The notes beneath the pieces were generated by a model. It was not told the origin of the DNA and did no database searches. It saw nothing but the letters and a program-made list of their open reading frames with translations. From assembly GCF_004010195.1 (NCBI RefSeq), contig NC_057728.1:51282668-51322268 (forward strand): a stretch of DNA of 39,601 nt, in the 5' to 3' direction. The translations under genes and the position numbers were made by a program. Below, in pieces: positions 1 to 13,030 of this stretch. Each line of letters starts with the position of its first letter. Positions within the stretch are counted from its first letter, which is position 1. Source of the stretch: Chiloscyllium plagiosum (taxonomy: Eukaryota).

Positions 1-156
1 AGACAGAGAGAGACAGAGAGAGAGACAGAGAAACAGACAGAGAGAGAGGAAGAGAGAGAGATAGAGAGAGAGAGAGACAGACTGAGAGAGAGAGAGAGAG
101 ACAGAGACAGACCGAGAGAGAGAGAGAGAGAGAGAGAGACCGAGAGAGACCGAGAG
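1..156 (+). repeat. (GA)n/(GACA)n compound microsatellite
   Basis: Direct inspection. Confidence 0.95.
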
Positions 157-226
157 GTTAGATGTTTGCTGGCTGACGTGGATGATAATTGTGTTACAAA
201 AGTAAAAAGAGCTGGGTGCTGTACTA

Positions 227-466
<240 letters not shown>

Positions 467-529
467 TCAATCTCACATGGACTACATCTTCAACCCAACG
501 GAGGTTGGACAGTGGGTCTCATGTCGATG

Positions 530-940
530 AACCTAAGAGCAGGAGTACGTCACTCAGCCAGCTGTGCTATTCAATAAGATCACAGCTGATCTGATTACAT
601 CCTCAATACCCTTTCATCCTTGTGCTTACCAAGAATCTATTCACCTCTGCCTTTTAAAAAACATTCAGCGGCTGTGCTTTCACTGTCTTTTGAGGAAGAC
701 AGTTCCATAAATTCATGACGTTCTGTGAGAAACGAATTCTCCTTACCCCTTTCATAAATAGATGACCCTTTATTATTAAACAGTGACTCCTAGTTCTGGG
801 CTCTCCCACAAGAGGAAATATTCTTTCCACTTTATCAAGAACACTCAGGATTTTGTACGTTTCAATCAAATTGCCTCCTACACTCCAAACATTTCAAGAC
901 TAGCCTGTCCAACCTTTCCTCTCAAGACAACCCATCCTTA
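530..940 (-). mobile_element. Old CR1-type LINE 3' fragment
   Basis: ORF 869-654 (IETYKIL...RTRSH...FSQNVMNLWNCLP) is the CR1 ORF2 C-terminal motif. Confidence 0.8.
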
Positions 941-1774
941 CTCTGTTTATCTCACTTAAAATTACTACTCCACAATATAAATTGTTGTGATCACTTGAAA
1001 TTTGATGAGTGCAAGATATAAATCTTTGGTCACTTGTTTTTTTTTCTGCAGAGATATGGAAAAAAAACATCAGAATTTCATGAGCAAAGGAAAAGGGGAT
1101 AGTTTTTAGAGAGAGATGGGCCAAAAGGCCACTGCTTTGCGATTTTACACTTGACAAAGAGATGGATAGAATATGAAAAAGGAATAAGAACTGAAGATTG
1201 GGAAGAATGGAGAGGTACTGAACGCAGAGGAATAACGGTGGCTGAAACCTGCTCTGTGAGGAACCTGCACACAAGTCTGTTCCAAGTGAGCATTTGAGGT
1301 GTGGACTGTGGTTTTATGGGTTAAAGGTTTTCTCACCAAGGATTGAAGCATCACCCTTAGTGTCTATTTTCAGAATAATCTGCCCAGAATCCTGGCCGCT
1401 ACCAAAATGGTTTACAGATGTTTCAATCGCGAAAACATATGCAGAATCTGGCAACTGACAACTTAAATTCTCACAGATGTTCGTTGCAATGTAAACTGTG
1501 AATTAAAGGGCATTTGTTACACCATCAAATATATCGTGTGGCCAGTGAGTCACAAGCTAAAAACACCAATCACATCTGATAACGGGAGAGCTTTATCCAT
1601 TGTTACGACGGGAGGCTTGCAGGTTGCCTTCCTGCCCAGTCTCTGGTTGCCCTGGTGGCAGTCCTGAGCCAATCTCCTTTAACTCAGCTGAGTGGCTTGC
1701 AAGGCTAATACAAAGTCAGCCAAGAATCAAACACGATGACTGGAATCACATATAGTGCAGCCAATGTAATCATG

Positions 1775-1965
1775 CAGTGTGGAAGCAGGCCGTTCGGCCC
1801 ATTGAATGTACACTGATCCTCTGAAGAGCATCTCACCCAAACCCACCCACACCCATCCTGTCCCTGCATTTTCCATGGCCAACCCATCAAGCCTGCACAT
1901 CCCTGAACACTATGGGCAATTTACCATGGCCAATCCACCTAACCTGCACATCGCTGGGCTGTGGG
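1775..1965 (-). mobile_element. HE1-type SINE 3' part
   Basis: Reverse-complement match to other in-window copies (gggcaattt...catggccaatccacctaacctgcacat). Confidence 0.8.
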
Positions 1966-2129
1966 TGAGTGCGCAGCACGGCAGCTATCACACTACCCCA
2001 CCAATGAGGCAACTCCCCCATCACCCACCAATCAGCTCCTAAACAGCGGACTGGTGAGCCTCTTTTCTAATTCATTCATGGAGTGTGAGTGCCTCAGGGC
2101 TGGCCAGCATGTATTGCCTGTTCTTAACT

Positions 2130-3470
2130 GTCATAGAGACATACAGCACGGAAATAGACCCTTCGGTCCAACTTGTCCATGCCGACTAGATATCAGAATC
2201 TAACCTAGTCCCTCCTGCCAGCACCCGGCCCACATCCCTCCAAACCCTTCCTATTCATATAGCCACCCAGATGCTTTTTAAATGTTGCAATTGTACCAGC
2301 CTCCACCACTTCCTCTGGCAGCTCATTCCATACACGCTCCACCATCTGTGTGAAAAGGTTGCCCCTTTAGGTCCCTTTTATACCTTTCCCCTCTCACCCT
2401 AAACCTATGCCCTCTAGTTCTGGACTCCCCAACTCCATGCCCCTCATGATTTTATAAACCTCAGTAAGGTCACCCCTCAGCCTCTAATGCTCCAGGGAAA
2501 ACATCACTAGCCTATTCAAACTCTCCTTATAGCTCAAATCGTCCAACCTGACAATATCCTTGTAAATATTTTCTGAACCCTTTCAAGTTTCACAACATCT
2601 TTCCGATAGGAAGGAGACCAGAATTGCACGCAATATTCCAACAGTAGCCTAACCAATGTCCTGTACAGCCGCAACATGACCTCACAACTTCTGTACTCAA
2701 TACTCTGACCAATAAAGGAAAGCATACCAAACGCCTTCTTCACTATCCTATCTACCTGCGCCTAAATTTTCAAGGAGCTATGAACCTGCACTCCAAGGTC
2801 TCTTTGTTCAGCAACACTCCCTAGAACCTTACCATTAAATGTATAAGTCCTGCTAAGATTTGCTTTCCCAAAATGCAGCACCTCACATTTATCTAAATTA
2901 AACTCCATCTGCCATCTGCCACTCTTTAGCCCATCTGATCAAGATCCCATTGTAATCAAGATGACACCTCCAATTTTGGTGTCATCTGCAAACTTACTAA
3001 CTATACGTCTCATGCGCACATCCAAATCATTTATATAATTGATGAAATGTAGTGGACCCAGCACCGATCCTTATGGCACTCCACTGGTCACAGGCCTCCA
3101 GCCTGAAACTTCAAGCTAGTTCTGTATCCAAATGGCTAGTTCTCCCTGTATTCCATGAGATCTAACCTTGCTAACCATGAGATCTAACCCATGGGGAACC
3201 TTGTCGATCACCTTAATGAACTCCATATAGATCACGTCTATGCACTGCCCTCATCAATCCTCTTTGTTACTTCTTCAAAAAACTCAATCAAGTTTGTGAG
3301 ACATGATTTCCATGCACAAAGCTATGTTGACTATCCCTAATTAATCCTTGCCTTTCCAAATACATGTACATCCTGTCTCTCAGGATTCCCTCCAACAACT
3401 TGCCCACCACCTTCGTTAGGCTCACTGGTCTGTACTTCCCTGGCTTGTCCTTACCCTCTTTCTTAAATAA
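2130..3470 (-). mobile_element. CR1 LINE ORF2 3' portion with internal deletions
   Basis: ORF 2743-2534 (LYRTLVRLLLEYCVQFWSP...LERVQ). The RT FADD motif appears as gtgtcatctgcaaac on the plus strand. 3' end is shared with other in-window copies. Confidence 0.92.
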
Positions 3471-3479
3471 TCAATACTT

Positions 3480-3775
3480 AAGGAACAGCAATTATAATTC
3501 CAATTGAGGATGGTGAGTGGCTTGGAGGGGAATTTGCAGATGGTGATGTCCCCATGTATCTGCTGCCCTTGTTCTTCTAGATGGAAGTGGTTTAGGTTTA
3601 GAATGTGGCGTCTAAGGATCTTTGGTGAATTTCTGCAGTGCACCTTGTAAATGGTACACATTGCTGCTACTGAGCAACGATGGTGGAGGGAGTGGATGCT
3701 TGTGAATGTCAAATCGAGTGGGCTACTTTGTCCTGGATGGTGGTGTCAAGCTTCTTGGTTGCTGTTGGTGAGCTT
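3480..3775 (-). mobile_element. Second LINE family (CR1/L2 group) ORF2 C-terminal fragment
   Basis: SLHHRCSVAAMCTIYKVHCRNSP motif; similar sequence at 22730-23300. Confidence 0.7.
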
Positions 3776-3777
3776 TT

Positions 3778-3922
3778 CAAATGCTGGAATTCCCTCCCTC
3801 AGGGCATTGAGAGTCATGCGGACTGCAGCGGTTCAAGAAAACAGCTCATCACCGCCTTCTCAAGGGCAACTCGGGACAGAATAAAATTGCTGGCCAGCCC
3901 ACATTTCAAATTAATAATAAAA
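3778..3922 (+). mobile_element. LINE 3' tail fragment
   Basis: WNSLP motif followed by the ttcaagaa...ctcaagggcaa...ataaa tail also seen at 34730-34880. Confidence 0.65.
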
Positions 3923-5394
3923 TCCGAAGCTGGGTTCTGGTTGATATAGGATGTATACGCTTGTAATAAAAACTGAGCAAACCCCAACCCTCTGGGTTAC
4001 AGAGTTCCAAAGATTCACAACCCTCAGAGTGAAGACCTTCTCCTCATCACAGTCTCAAATATCCCAGAAATAAGACAGCATGGAGAATGGCTCCAGTTCT
4101 GTTTTTCACTAACTGGTTACCTACAATCTAATCTTTTGGACCAAAAATGACAAGTTTAAGTATTACTTAAAAGGTGGAAAGCTAGGAACAGTGATGGTGC
4201 CAAAAGACTTAAGAGTTTGATGACTTAAATGCAATAATCAGGTAAAAATTAATCATTAAGGCTAAAGGAAAGATAGCCTAAGTAGAAGACTAGATTATAA
4301 AGGAAAGGATGTGTTATCATAGCGGTGCAATGCCCCAGTTAAATCAATGCGAGTTAACTGTATACAGCTCTGGATACTGCACCTTAGCTTCAGTATATTG
4401 GCCTCAGGAGGAGGGGTCTTGTAGACTCACTAGAATGTGACCAAGGTTCTGATGGTTAGATTACGAGAAAAAAGAAATCCGTAAACCAGGCTTGTGTTCT
4501 TTGAAGTGTAAAATAACTACAACACACTGAGCAGCAGCTTTCCTGTTCTGAAGCGGTACTGTTTGTATGGCAGTGTTTAATAATACAGTTAAAACAGAGG
4601 GTTTCTATTTCTGAAATGCAATTGTTAGAAGTGTTTACAGACATTTTTCTCAGTAACATCTTGGCAGTTTTAGCGGCATTCAGTAAAGCAAGACGCTTTT
4701 TCAATCAACAGTTCAAACAATCATGAGCCAGCCAACACTGATCATCTGAACCGCGTGTTAAGGATTTGGTGCTGTGTTTAGCAAAGCTGGAAGGTTGAGG
4801 CGCCAAGGGCAGAGACGCTAGTAACAGAGGCGATTTAAGTCTGAGATAGTGTTTGCTTGCAGCAAGGTAATGGGAATTGACAACACAATATGGCAAGATA
4901 TACTCTATTAAACTTATAACAAAGAACACATAAAAACACAACAATGTTCATGCACAGCAACAAAATTCAGTGTACACAGGTAAACATTTTGTTTTTTGCA
5001 AACTAGAAAGAATTTGGCCTCCCTTCCTGACCTAGTAATGGGGTCCCTCAAGCCTGTCCATCATTTCATACATCTGTGGGTGATCTTTGACCTCAGCTCC
5101 ACTCTTCCACCAATCCCCCCAGCCACTCAGTTCCTTCAAACCCACACCCCCACCTGAATATTCCCATAAAAACTGAGCAAACCCCAACCGTCTGAGCTAG
5201 AGTGTTCCAAAGATTCATAGCTCTGAGTGAAGACATTTCTCTTCGTCATAGTCCCAAATGGGCGACCAATTATGCTGCGCCTGGCCATGTTCTACGCTCA
5301 TCAGTCAGGAGGCAGCAGTTGACACAGGATCTTGTATGGTTCAACAATGCCTTACATTCCAGAGAACACAGCCCCAATTTACACAACCTCTCAC

Positions 5395-5715
5395 AGAATC
5401 ATACAACATACAAGAGTCCTTTTGACCCATCGATTCTACACTGCCAAAAATATACTACTGCTTGCACTAGCCCCACTTTCCTGCACTGGGCCCATAGCCT
5501 TGAATGTTATGACACTTCAAGTGCTCATCCAAGTGGTTTTTAAAGATTTCCTACCTCTCCTACCCTCCCAGGCAGTGCATTCCAGAGCCCCACCACCCTT
5601 TAAGTGAAAACATTTTTTCTCAAATCCCTTCTAAACCTTTCACTTTGAGGTTATAACCCCTTGTTCTTGACCCTTTCCTTAAAGGGAACAGCTACTTTCT
5701 GCTCACTGTGTACAT
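5395..5715 (-). mobile_element. Old CR1 LINE 3' fragment
   Basis: Similar to other antisense CR1 3' ends in the window (ggcagtgcattcca...accaccct...gtgaaaa). Confidence 0.65.
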
Positions 5716-5733
5716 ACAGGACAATGTGGGAAG

Positions 5734-6182
5734 GGGCCTTTGTAGTGCAATGGTAGTGTCCCTACCCTTGGACCAGGAGGCTCATGGTTCAAGTCCCACC
5801 GTTCCAGAGGTGTGTAAATACATCACCTGTACAAGTCGATTAGAAATACTGATTAAAATAAAAAAAGGACAATGTAGGGTAGGGTAGGGTAGGGGGGGTT
5901 GGGTGGGTGGGTCGGGGTGGTGTCCTCTTGTGATGCAGTCCCTACCCCTGGACCGAAAGGCCAGAGTTCAACTCCCACCTGCTCCAGCTGTGTGTAATGA
6001 CATCTCTGAACAGGGTGATAAGAAAAATAAATTTTAATTTTTAAAAAAATTAACTTAAGACAATATAAGAGGACGGCAGTGGTAGTGTTCCTGTTGGTGG
6101 GCTATCATAGTTCCCTGGTTCAAGTCCCACCTGCTCCAGGGGTGTATAACAATATCTCTGAATAGATTGATTTGAAAATATC
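5734..6182 (+). mobile_element. Three head-to-tail copies of a ~115-bp tRNA-derived short SINE (about 5734-5850, 5920-6028, 6072-6182)
   Basis: A-box-like tagtgcaatgg, B-box ggttcaagtcc, and shared body cccacctgctccag..gtgtgtaat..catctctgaa..gatta. Further fragments near 33544 and 36968. Confidence 0.75.
5877..5920 (+). repeat. (GGGTA)n/(GGGT)n G-rich tract with G-quadruplex potential
   Basis: Eight runs of three or more G with 1-2 nt loops. Confidence 0.8.
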
Positions 6183-8099
6183 TCGGACAACATAGGTATC
6201 ATCCCAGCCAATACTCCAGTGTGAACACTGGCTGCAAGCGAGGTATATCCTTCCCCCTAGGTACAGAGACTGAAGCAAGACCAAAGGTGCAGCCAAATCA
6301 TCCATAATGTTCCTCACATCATCAGTCATTGCTGGGTCAGGCATGATCATTTGGGTCAGTACAGCTGATGGGAAGCATGCAATTCTCCCAATTCTTTGTG
6401 TGTGTTCTCATTACAGCAGCTCAGAAAATGGGCGGGGTGGGGGGGTGGGGCAGCCTGCATTGTGCTACAGAGCATTCAGAGACGGGGAAAAGGCAAGGGA
6501 CTACAGACAAAGTGCAGGGGCAGGTAAAGAGAGTCCACTGGAGGAGGGGGACCAGAAACCAGGACCTCATGGTGAGACAGGTAGTGGTGTGGTGTGGGGC
6601 CGGGCTACGGTGGGGACAGAGGAATCATGTTGGAGGAGAACTGGGCCAGTGAGTGGGGAAATCAACTGCAGGTGAAACTAGAAGACAGACTGTCGGGGGG
6701 AGGGATGCCGTCTTGGAACGTTGAGATGCTGCCAATCTGTTGCACTTGGCCTCGTGACCACTAGGTTCAGCAGTTCTCCGATGACTAAGCAGCAAGACGC
6801 CAGGCACAACCCATTAATCCTGAAGAAACTGGTCTGTGTAACTGAATGGTCACATCACTTAATTCCCTCATCCTAAATAACATTGGCCTGTCTAATGGAA
6901 AGAGAGATTAATGAAGCATGGTGATGGAGAGATAGATACACAAAACTGGGACAGCCACCAGCTAATTAACCATAACATTAATGGACTTGGCTCACCTTTT
7001 GTATCTATTCTGAAGGGGAAAGGAACAGTTGAGTTTACATGAAGTTGGAATCGGCCAAGGTTTAACGATGATTTTGTCTTGTCTCCTTCCAACAGAGTAA
7101 GCTCAATTTGCCAAAAAGGATGAAAGCTTTGTTATTGCTTTCCAGCTGTTGCTTTCATTTATGCAAATACATCAAGCACACGAACAGGAATACAAGGCCA
7201 CAAATTGATTGTACATATCACTTATCATTAGGAAACCGTAAAATGGCTGTTCTTCAGTCAGGGGAGTGGTGAGAACATCAGGCAGTGAAGGTTTGTGGGG
7301 TGTAGACGTGGTATGGAGAACAGCACATTATATTGATTGGGCTTCAGGCTAACAACCAGCACCTTCACCAGCAGCCTGTGCTCAAGAAGGTCATGGAAAG
7401 ACATCCGGGGCAGAAGTGTTTAGATTTATCGTAGACTCTTCAATCTTTGAATTAGAGGGCTGTAGTTTAAGGCTCACTCTGAGAATGAGTGCTGGGGGAG
7501 ATGTGGAAACTAAAAAAAATCCCATGACAGAATTTGAAGGACTGCAGGAGGTCCCTGATGTCCTAGTCAACATTAACCTTCAAATGTCACCAGATTATTT
7601 GGTTGCACACCTCATCGCTGATTGGAGAACATATGCATGCAAAATGGCTGCATCTCTTCACCCATCCACCTTCTCCCCCACCCCCCATCCCAATACACAC
7701 AAAATTCTAACACAGAGGGAGGCCATTTAGTCCATTCCCAGAGAGATATCCCTTAGTACCAATGCCTTTCTCTGTATTTGCAGTTTCAATCTTTTATACA
7801 AATGTAGCAAGTTTCCCTTGTAGCAACTGTTCAGGACTCCACTTCCACATCTATTCTGGTCAAGAACTCCATGACCCTTTTAACCCCCTCTAAAAATAAT
7901 TCTTCTGCCATTTCTTGGTGGTGGTCCCATATTCAGGTCATGGAGTCACAGACTTACCAATTATTGAAAAACATTCCCTCCCCCAACAATTGTCTGATCG
8001 ACACACGTTATGATCCCAAAAATGTTTATCAGATTGCCTCTTCACCCTCTCTGCTCTAATGAGAATTATTGTAGTTACTCATCATAATTGAACCCAATG

Positions 8100-8780
8100 A
8101 GCGTTTAGTCTCATTAACTTTTCTATTTTTTTTTCTCTACTGATCATGATTTTAAATTCCTTTCTTTAGCCTCTTGATTTTCTACTATTCTCGAGATGTT
8201 CTTGCATCATCTATGTGAAGACATATTTGTTCAAAATCTTTGTCATCCCCTTGTTTGCCATTATTAATTTCCCAGTCTTAAACTCTAAAAAGACCTACAC
8301 TTACTTTAGCTACTCTCTTCCTTTTTTATAATTGTAGAAGAAGTATTTATGGTCTGTTTTGCTAGTTCTCGTTCATACTCGAATTTCTCCATGTTTTAAA
8401 GTACTTTTTTGCCAGTTTCTAAATTGTGCCCAATCTTCTTGGCTACCACTAATCTTTGCAGCATTGTTTCTTTCTTTTTTCCTACAATTAGATGTCATTC
8501 GCAACTTGCTTAGTTAGTCACCGATTATGCATCCCCAACTTAAGTATGCTTTTATTTCAATGGAACGTGTCTTTGTTGAGAGTTATGAAAAATCTTCTTA
8601 AATGTCTGCCATTGCTTCATCAACTTACCTTTTAAGATGTTTTCCCACTCTACCTTAGCCAAATATATCTGCATATCCTTATAATTGCTTTAGTAAAAGT
8701 TTAAGACTAATTTTAGATTCAAATCTTTCATCTTAAACTGAATGTGAAATTCTACCATATTATGTCTACTTCCCTATCCC
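8100..8780 (-). mobile_element. Highly decayed CR1-type ORF2 fragment
   Basis: Resembles the antisense CR1 segment at 27500-27730; no intact ORF. Confidence 0.5.
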
Positions 8781-9329
8781 CGATTTCCTTCTTAAAGTTA
8801 TAGTGATCTATCTAAAGGCATATTTTTCTGCTCATTTCTTCAGCTCGTGGTCTTGAGTTTCTACTTCAGTCGCTCATAGAGGTTCCGATTCACAACTACA
8901 ATGAACAGTCTAACTATGGATAAGTTCACTTGAGATGGCTTCTAGTTGCTGCAGCCATTCAGTCTCGAGATTCTAGTTCCTCTGCCATCACTGTCAAAAT
9001 AAAAACACTGGTTTTGCCTTAGCTATGGTTTTAGTCCTGGGCCTTGGGTGACCCCTGCCCTATATTAAAGTATATTCAAAGTATTGGTTCCAATTTCACC
9101 CCCAAGAGACACCATTCGACCTCATAGGAGACCATTCAGCATTTCAAACCCCTTCACCACCACAGCAGCTGGAGGAATTTAAATTCAATTTCTTAACAAG
9201 CCATTGCTGATCTGACCTCAATTCTAGTTACTCCTTCAACCATTGCACTTAGGGGTGAGACAAGATAATTTAACCCAGTTTAATCCAGTGAGGTCTCCTC
9301 CAGCACTTATTTTTATTCTTTACACGCAG

Positions 9330-9870
9330 GATTGTCATTTCTACAGCTAGCATTTGGCCTTGAGCAGCAACCTCTTGAGTTGCATCTCTAGGGCAGTTGA
9401 ATGCTAGAGGCATTTCAGAGGGTAGTTAAAAATCAATCACGCTGCTGTGAATTTAGAGTCACATATTGACCAGACCAGACCAGGTAAGAACAGCAGATAA
9501 CTTTTACTCTTTTGCAGATTGCTTTCACTTAAAAGGACATTAGTGAACCAGATGAATCTAACCATCACCATGTCTGATGACCAGTTTTCAATTCCAGACC
9601 ATTTTATTGTATCCAGAAGTGTTCTTACACACACACAAACACACACTATTGTTTCTCCTGCATCACCAAATGTTCTTTTTTAAAATCTATTAACACTATC
9701 AGTAAATTACTTGTGTTTTCCAGTTGATTAATTTACGTTGAGGGCAATAGAAGCTATCAAAACACAAACACACACACACACTTAAATGAATTAAACTCCA
9801 TTACCTGCTACGTTGAGGTTTGAACTCATGCCCCTAGAGTCCCATTAGCCTGGGCCTCTAGTGATATTAC
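9330..9870 (-). mobile_element. Old tRNA-derived SINE (SacSINE1-like), interrupted by CA repeats
   Basis: ggagtcacat...ccagaccaggtaag...aaaggacattagtgaaccagatg block shared with 18110-18340, 24530-24745 and, reversed, 23335-23590. Confidence 0.6.
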
Positions 9871-9967
9871 ACTTGTACAGTCTCCCCCTAAAATCTCAGC
9901 AAAATATCACTTACAGTCTCACAGTGGGCAGGAGTGGTGTGGAAAGGTAGAAATGGTTAAATGATTA

Positions 9968-10171
<204 letters not shown>

Positions 10172-10612
10172 TCAGTTAGAAACAGACCATTTTAAGAAAG
10201 TGTTAATATAGTGTATGGAAGAACAAGCTTCACAAAAAAATTCAACATTTCTCTATGAAGTCAGCATCTGCTTATTGCCTGTGTTTACAGAGATAATAGA
10301 ATTTTAGCCAATGCCTACTGTAGCACTGAATTGCCCTTTTACCACATCATAAAACCAGCTGCTTTGTCAGAGGCAGATTGTGTTCAGTCTACTGCCTGCT
10401 TTTCATCTCCGCGTCCCATTGTGAAGAACCTTCCCAAGCAAGACTGACTAATTGGCTTTGCTTTAAGGGATCGGAAAGCTGAGAATTGCTACAAGTCCTT
10501 TGTGACAAACCCCACTGGTCGAGTGGCAGCCTTGGACAACCACAGCTAGGCTGGTCCTTGCTAAACCAGTTCAGGAAAGGCCAGAGCACCTACACATCAC
10601 TGGGACCTCAGT

Positions 10613-10625
10613 ACTTACCCATTAT
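10613..10625 (-). other. Candidate alternative first-exon 3' end: Kozak-context ATG plus consensus donor (ATA ATG G|GTAAGT)
   Basis: ATG 10622-10620, G 10619, GTAAGT 10618-10613. Phase 1 matches the acceptor at 10122. No transcript evidence available. Confidence 0.4.
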
Positions 10626-12300
10626 GCACTTGTGGAGAAAGACTAACAATGTTGCATATTACTGCGAAATGTCCCCAATATTGATTAAATAGTGGAGTAA
10701 TCACCCTGAACTAAGCAAATGAAGGAGCGATTGCTTGGCTCTATGAATAAACATGAATAAAAAGTCAAAAAAGTGTTACTCAAGATACACCCCATTGTTG
10801 GATAATGGACCAAGAAATGGCATTCAAGCTGTGGTCAAGTGTGGGTACACATGTGTTTGGTGAGGGGGTTTGAGCTTTTCTGGATCACTGTTACATTAGC
10901 AATGATGCTGTCACAGGACTGAGAAGTCAAACTATCTTCACTGGACAATAAACCAGTTCAAGCCAGAACATAATTTCCCTTGTTCTCGGTAACTGTCTAA
11001 ATCCATCTGACAATCCAGTTATTGTCTCCAGCTGTTCTTGGCTTTACCTCACTCAGTTTAATGGGGACTCCTGCTGCTTTCAAACTTAGCAAATATGCAC
11101 ATCATCTCTTTACACTGCCCAGCCTATAAAGCATAGTGATCATGAAGGTTTAAACATTCCTAACAGTATACACACAGGAGCAATGGGGTGGAATGGAGGC
11201 AACAATAATCATTTTCACTGAGTTGAGAAATGAGCAGCTCCTGAGGGCCCTGTTTTAGAAAAGTATTGATGTTAGTTCATGGATGATTATCTCGCCAAAT
11301 TCATTTGCAAAGGCAGATCCCTGCAATAAAGCCTTGAACCCAGTCCCAACTCCAAAATCCTTGGAAATAATGACTTTTTTCATTCAGCTCCAATGGCAGG
11401 GAATAACAGTGGCTTTGTATTTATAAAGACACCTTTCAATATGTTTATAGACAATAACTGACGACTGCTGATTATTAATCAGAATGTCAGTGATATTTTT
11501 GCTGCATACAGTGTTCCCACTTGTAAACCTCGGACTCTTACACTCTGCCCAAGTCTATGCCCCTGATGTAATCCCACAATCCCAAATAACCTGTGACCCC
11601 TCAATGCTCAGATACTGGAAAGCACTGATGAATGTTTGGTCAACTCACCCATCAACATGGTGTGGGAAAATTGCTTCACCACTTGTGAAAAACAATGGAC
11701 ATTTGAAGATGCTGAAGTATAGGTTTGGAAAAGAGCCAAACGATGGCGCCCAATGGAGGAAGATGGCAGGTACACCAAGATGACAACATGCTGAGGCACA
11801 CAGACAAACTCTAGGGCTACCCCTGCCAGTGAATCAAGAAGAATCTGAAACCAGAACGTTTCAGGAATTTTCTCAATACTTTTTGACGTTGTCCAAATGT
11901 CCAAGCACAATTTAACCCTTTATTCTTATTGAACTGAGTTTCTCTTCCTATCTGGAAACAGAGCCAAATAAATTTTTAGGATCACACCATCATATCTCCG
12001 CGTTCAAACTTTACAAACAAATAAAATTAATCCCACTATTTCCTGACTCCTCATAACTCTCTCTCAATACCAAACTAATCCCACTGCTCCACTCTCTCCC
12101 TGCAACCCAGTATCAAACTAAACACACTGTCCATTCTCTACATCAAGAAATGCATTCTCCTATTTAACTGCTCCAGAGTTTAAACTGTTTCACATTCACA
12201 AAGGTAAAAACAATGACTGCAGATGCTGGAAACCAGATTCTGGATTAGTGGTGCTGGAAGAGCACAGCAGTTCAGGCAGCATCCAAGGAGCTTCGAAATC

Positions 12301-12328
12301 GACGTTTCGGGCAAAAGCCCTTCATCAG
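12301..12328 (-). ncRNA. Minimal type I hammerhead ribozyme core in PLE terminal repeat
   Basis: CUGAUGA-A-GGGC UUUU GCCC-GAAA-C-G-UC; palindromic ACGU in place of stem III. Confidence 0.7.
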
Positions 12329-13002
12329 GAATAAAGGCAGNNNNNNNNNNNNNNNNCCCCTCCAACCGTAACAAGGACAGAACGCCCCTGGTGCTCACCT
12401 TCCACCCTACCAATCTTCGCACAAACCAAATCATCCGCCGACATTTCCGCCACCTCCAAACAGACCCCACCACCAGGGATATATTTCCCTCCCCCACCCC
12501 TTTCCGCCTTCCGCAAAGGCCGCTCCCTCCGTGACTACCTGGTCAGGTCCATGCCCCCCTACAACCCACCCTCCCATCCTGGCACTTACCCCTGCCACCG
12601 CAGGAACTGTAAAACCTGCGCCCACACCTCCTCCCTCACCTCNNNNNNNNNNNNNNNNNNNNNNNNNNNNNNNNNNNNNNNNNNNNNNNNNNNNNNNNNN
12701 NNNNNNNNNNNNNNNNNNNNNNNNNNNNNNNNNNNNNNNNNNNNNNNNNNNACAGTTTCCTCATTTCCCCTTCCCCCACCTCACCCTAGTTCCAAACTTC
12801 CAGCTCAGCACTGTCCCCATGACTTGTCCGGACTTGTCCTACCTGCCTATCTCCTTTTCCACCTATCCACTCCACCCTCTCCTCCCTGACCTATCACCTT
12901 CATCCCCTCCCCCACTCACCCATTGTACTCTATCTTACTTTCTCCCCACTCCCACCCTCCTCTAGCTTATCTCTCCACGCTCCAGGCTCACTGCCTTTAT
13001 TC

Positions 13003-13030
13003 CTGATGAAGGGCTTTTGCCCGAAAAGTC
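13003..13030 (+). ncRNA. Minimal hammerhead core with a mutated stem III (GAAAAGUC)
   Basis: Same motif as 15023-15050 with one C>A change. Confidence 0.5.

Noticed and set aside
3153..3189. 15-bp direct repeat CCATGAGATCTAACC
   Set aside because: Local slippage inside a dead CR1 copy.
4456..4704. 82-aa minus-strand ORF as an extra exon
   Set aside because: The flanking exons already join into continuous homologous sequence, and no convincing splice sites were found.
5734..5800. tRNA-like sequence with A and B boxes (also at 25286, 31352, 33544, 38486)
   Set aside because: These are SINE heads: no complete cloverleaf, and each is followed by a SINE body.
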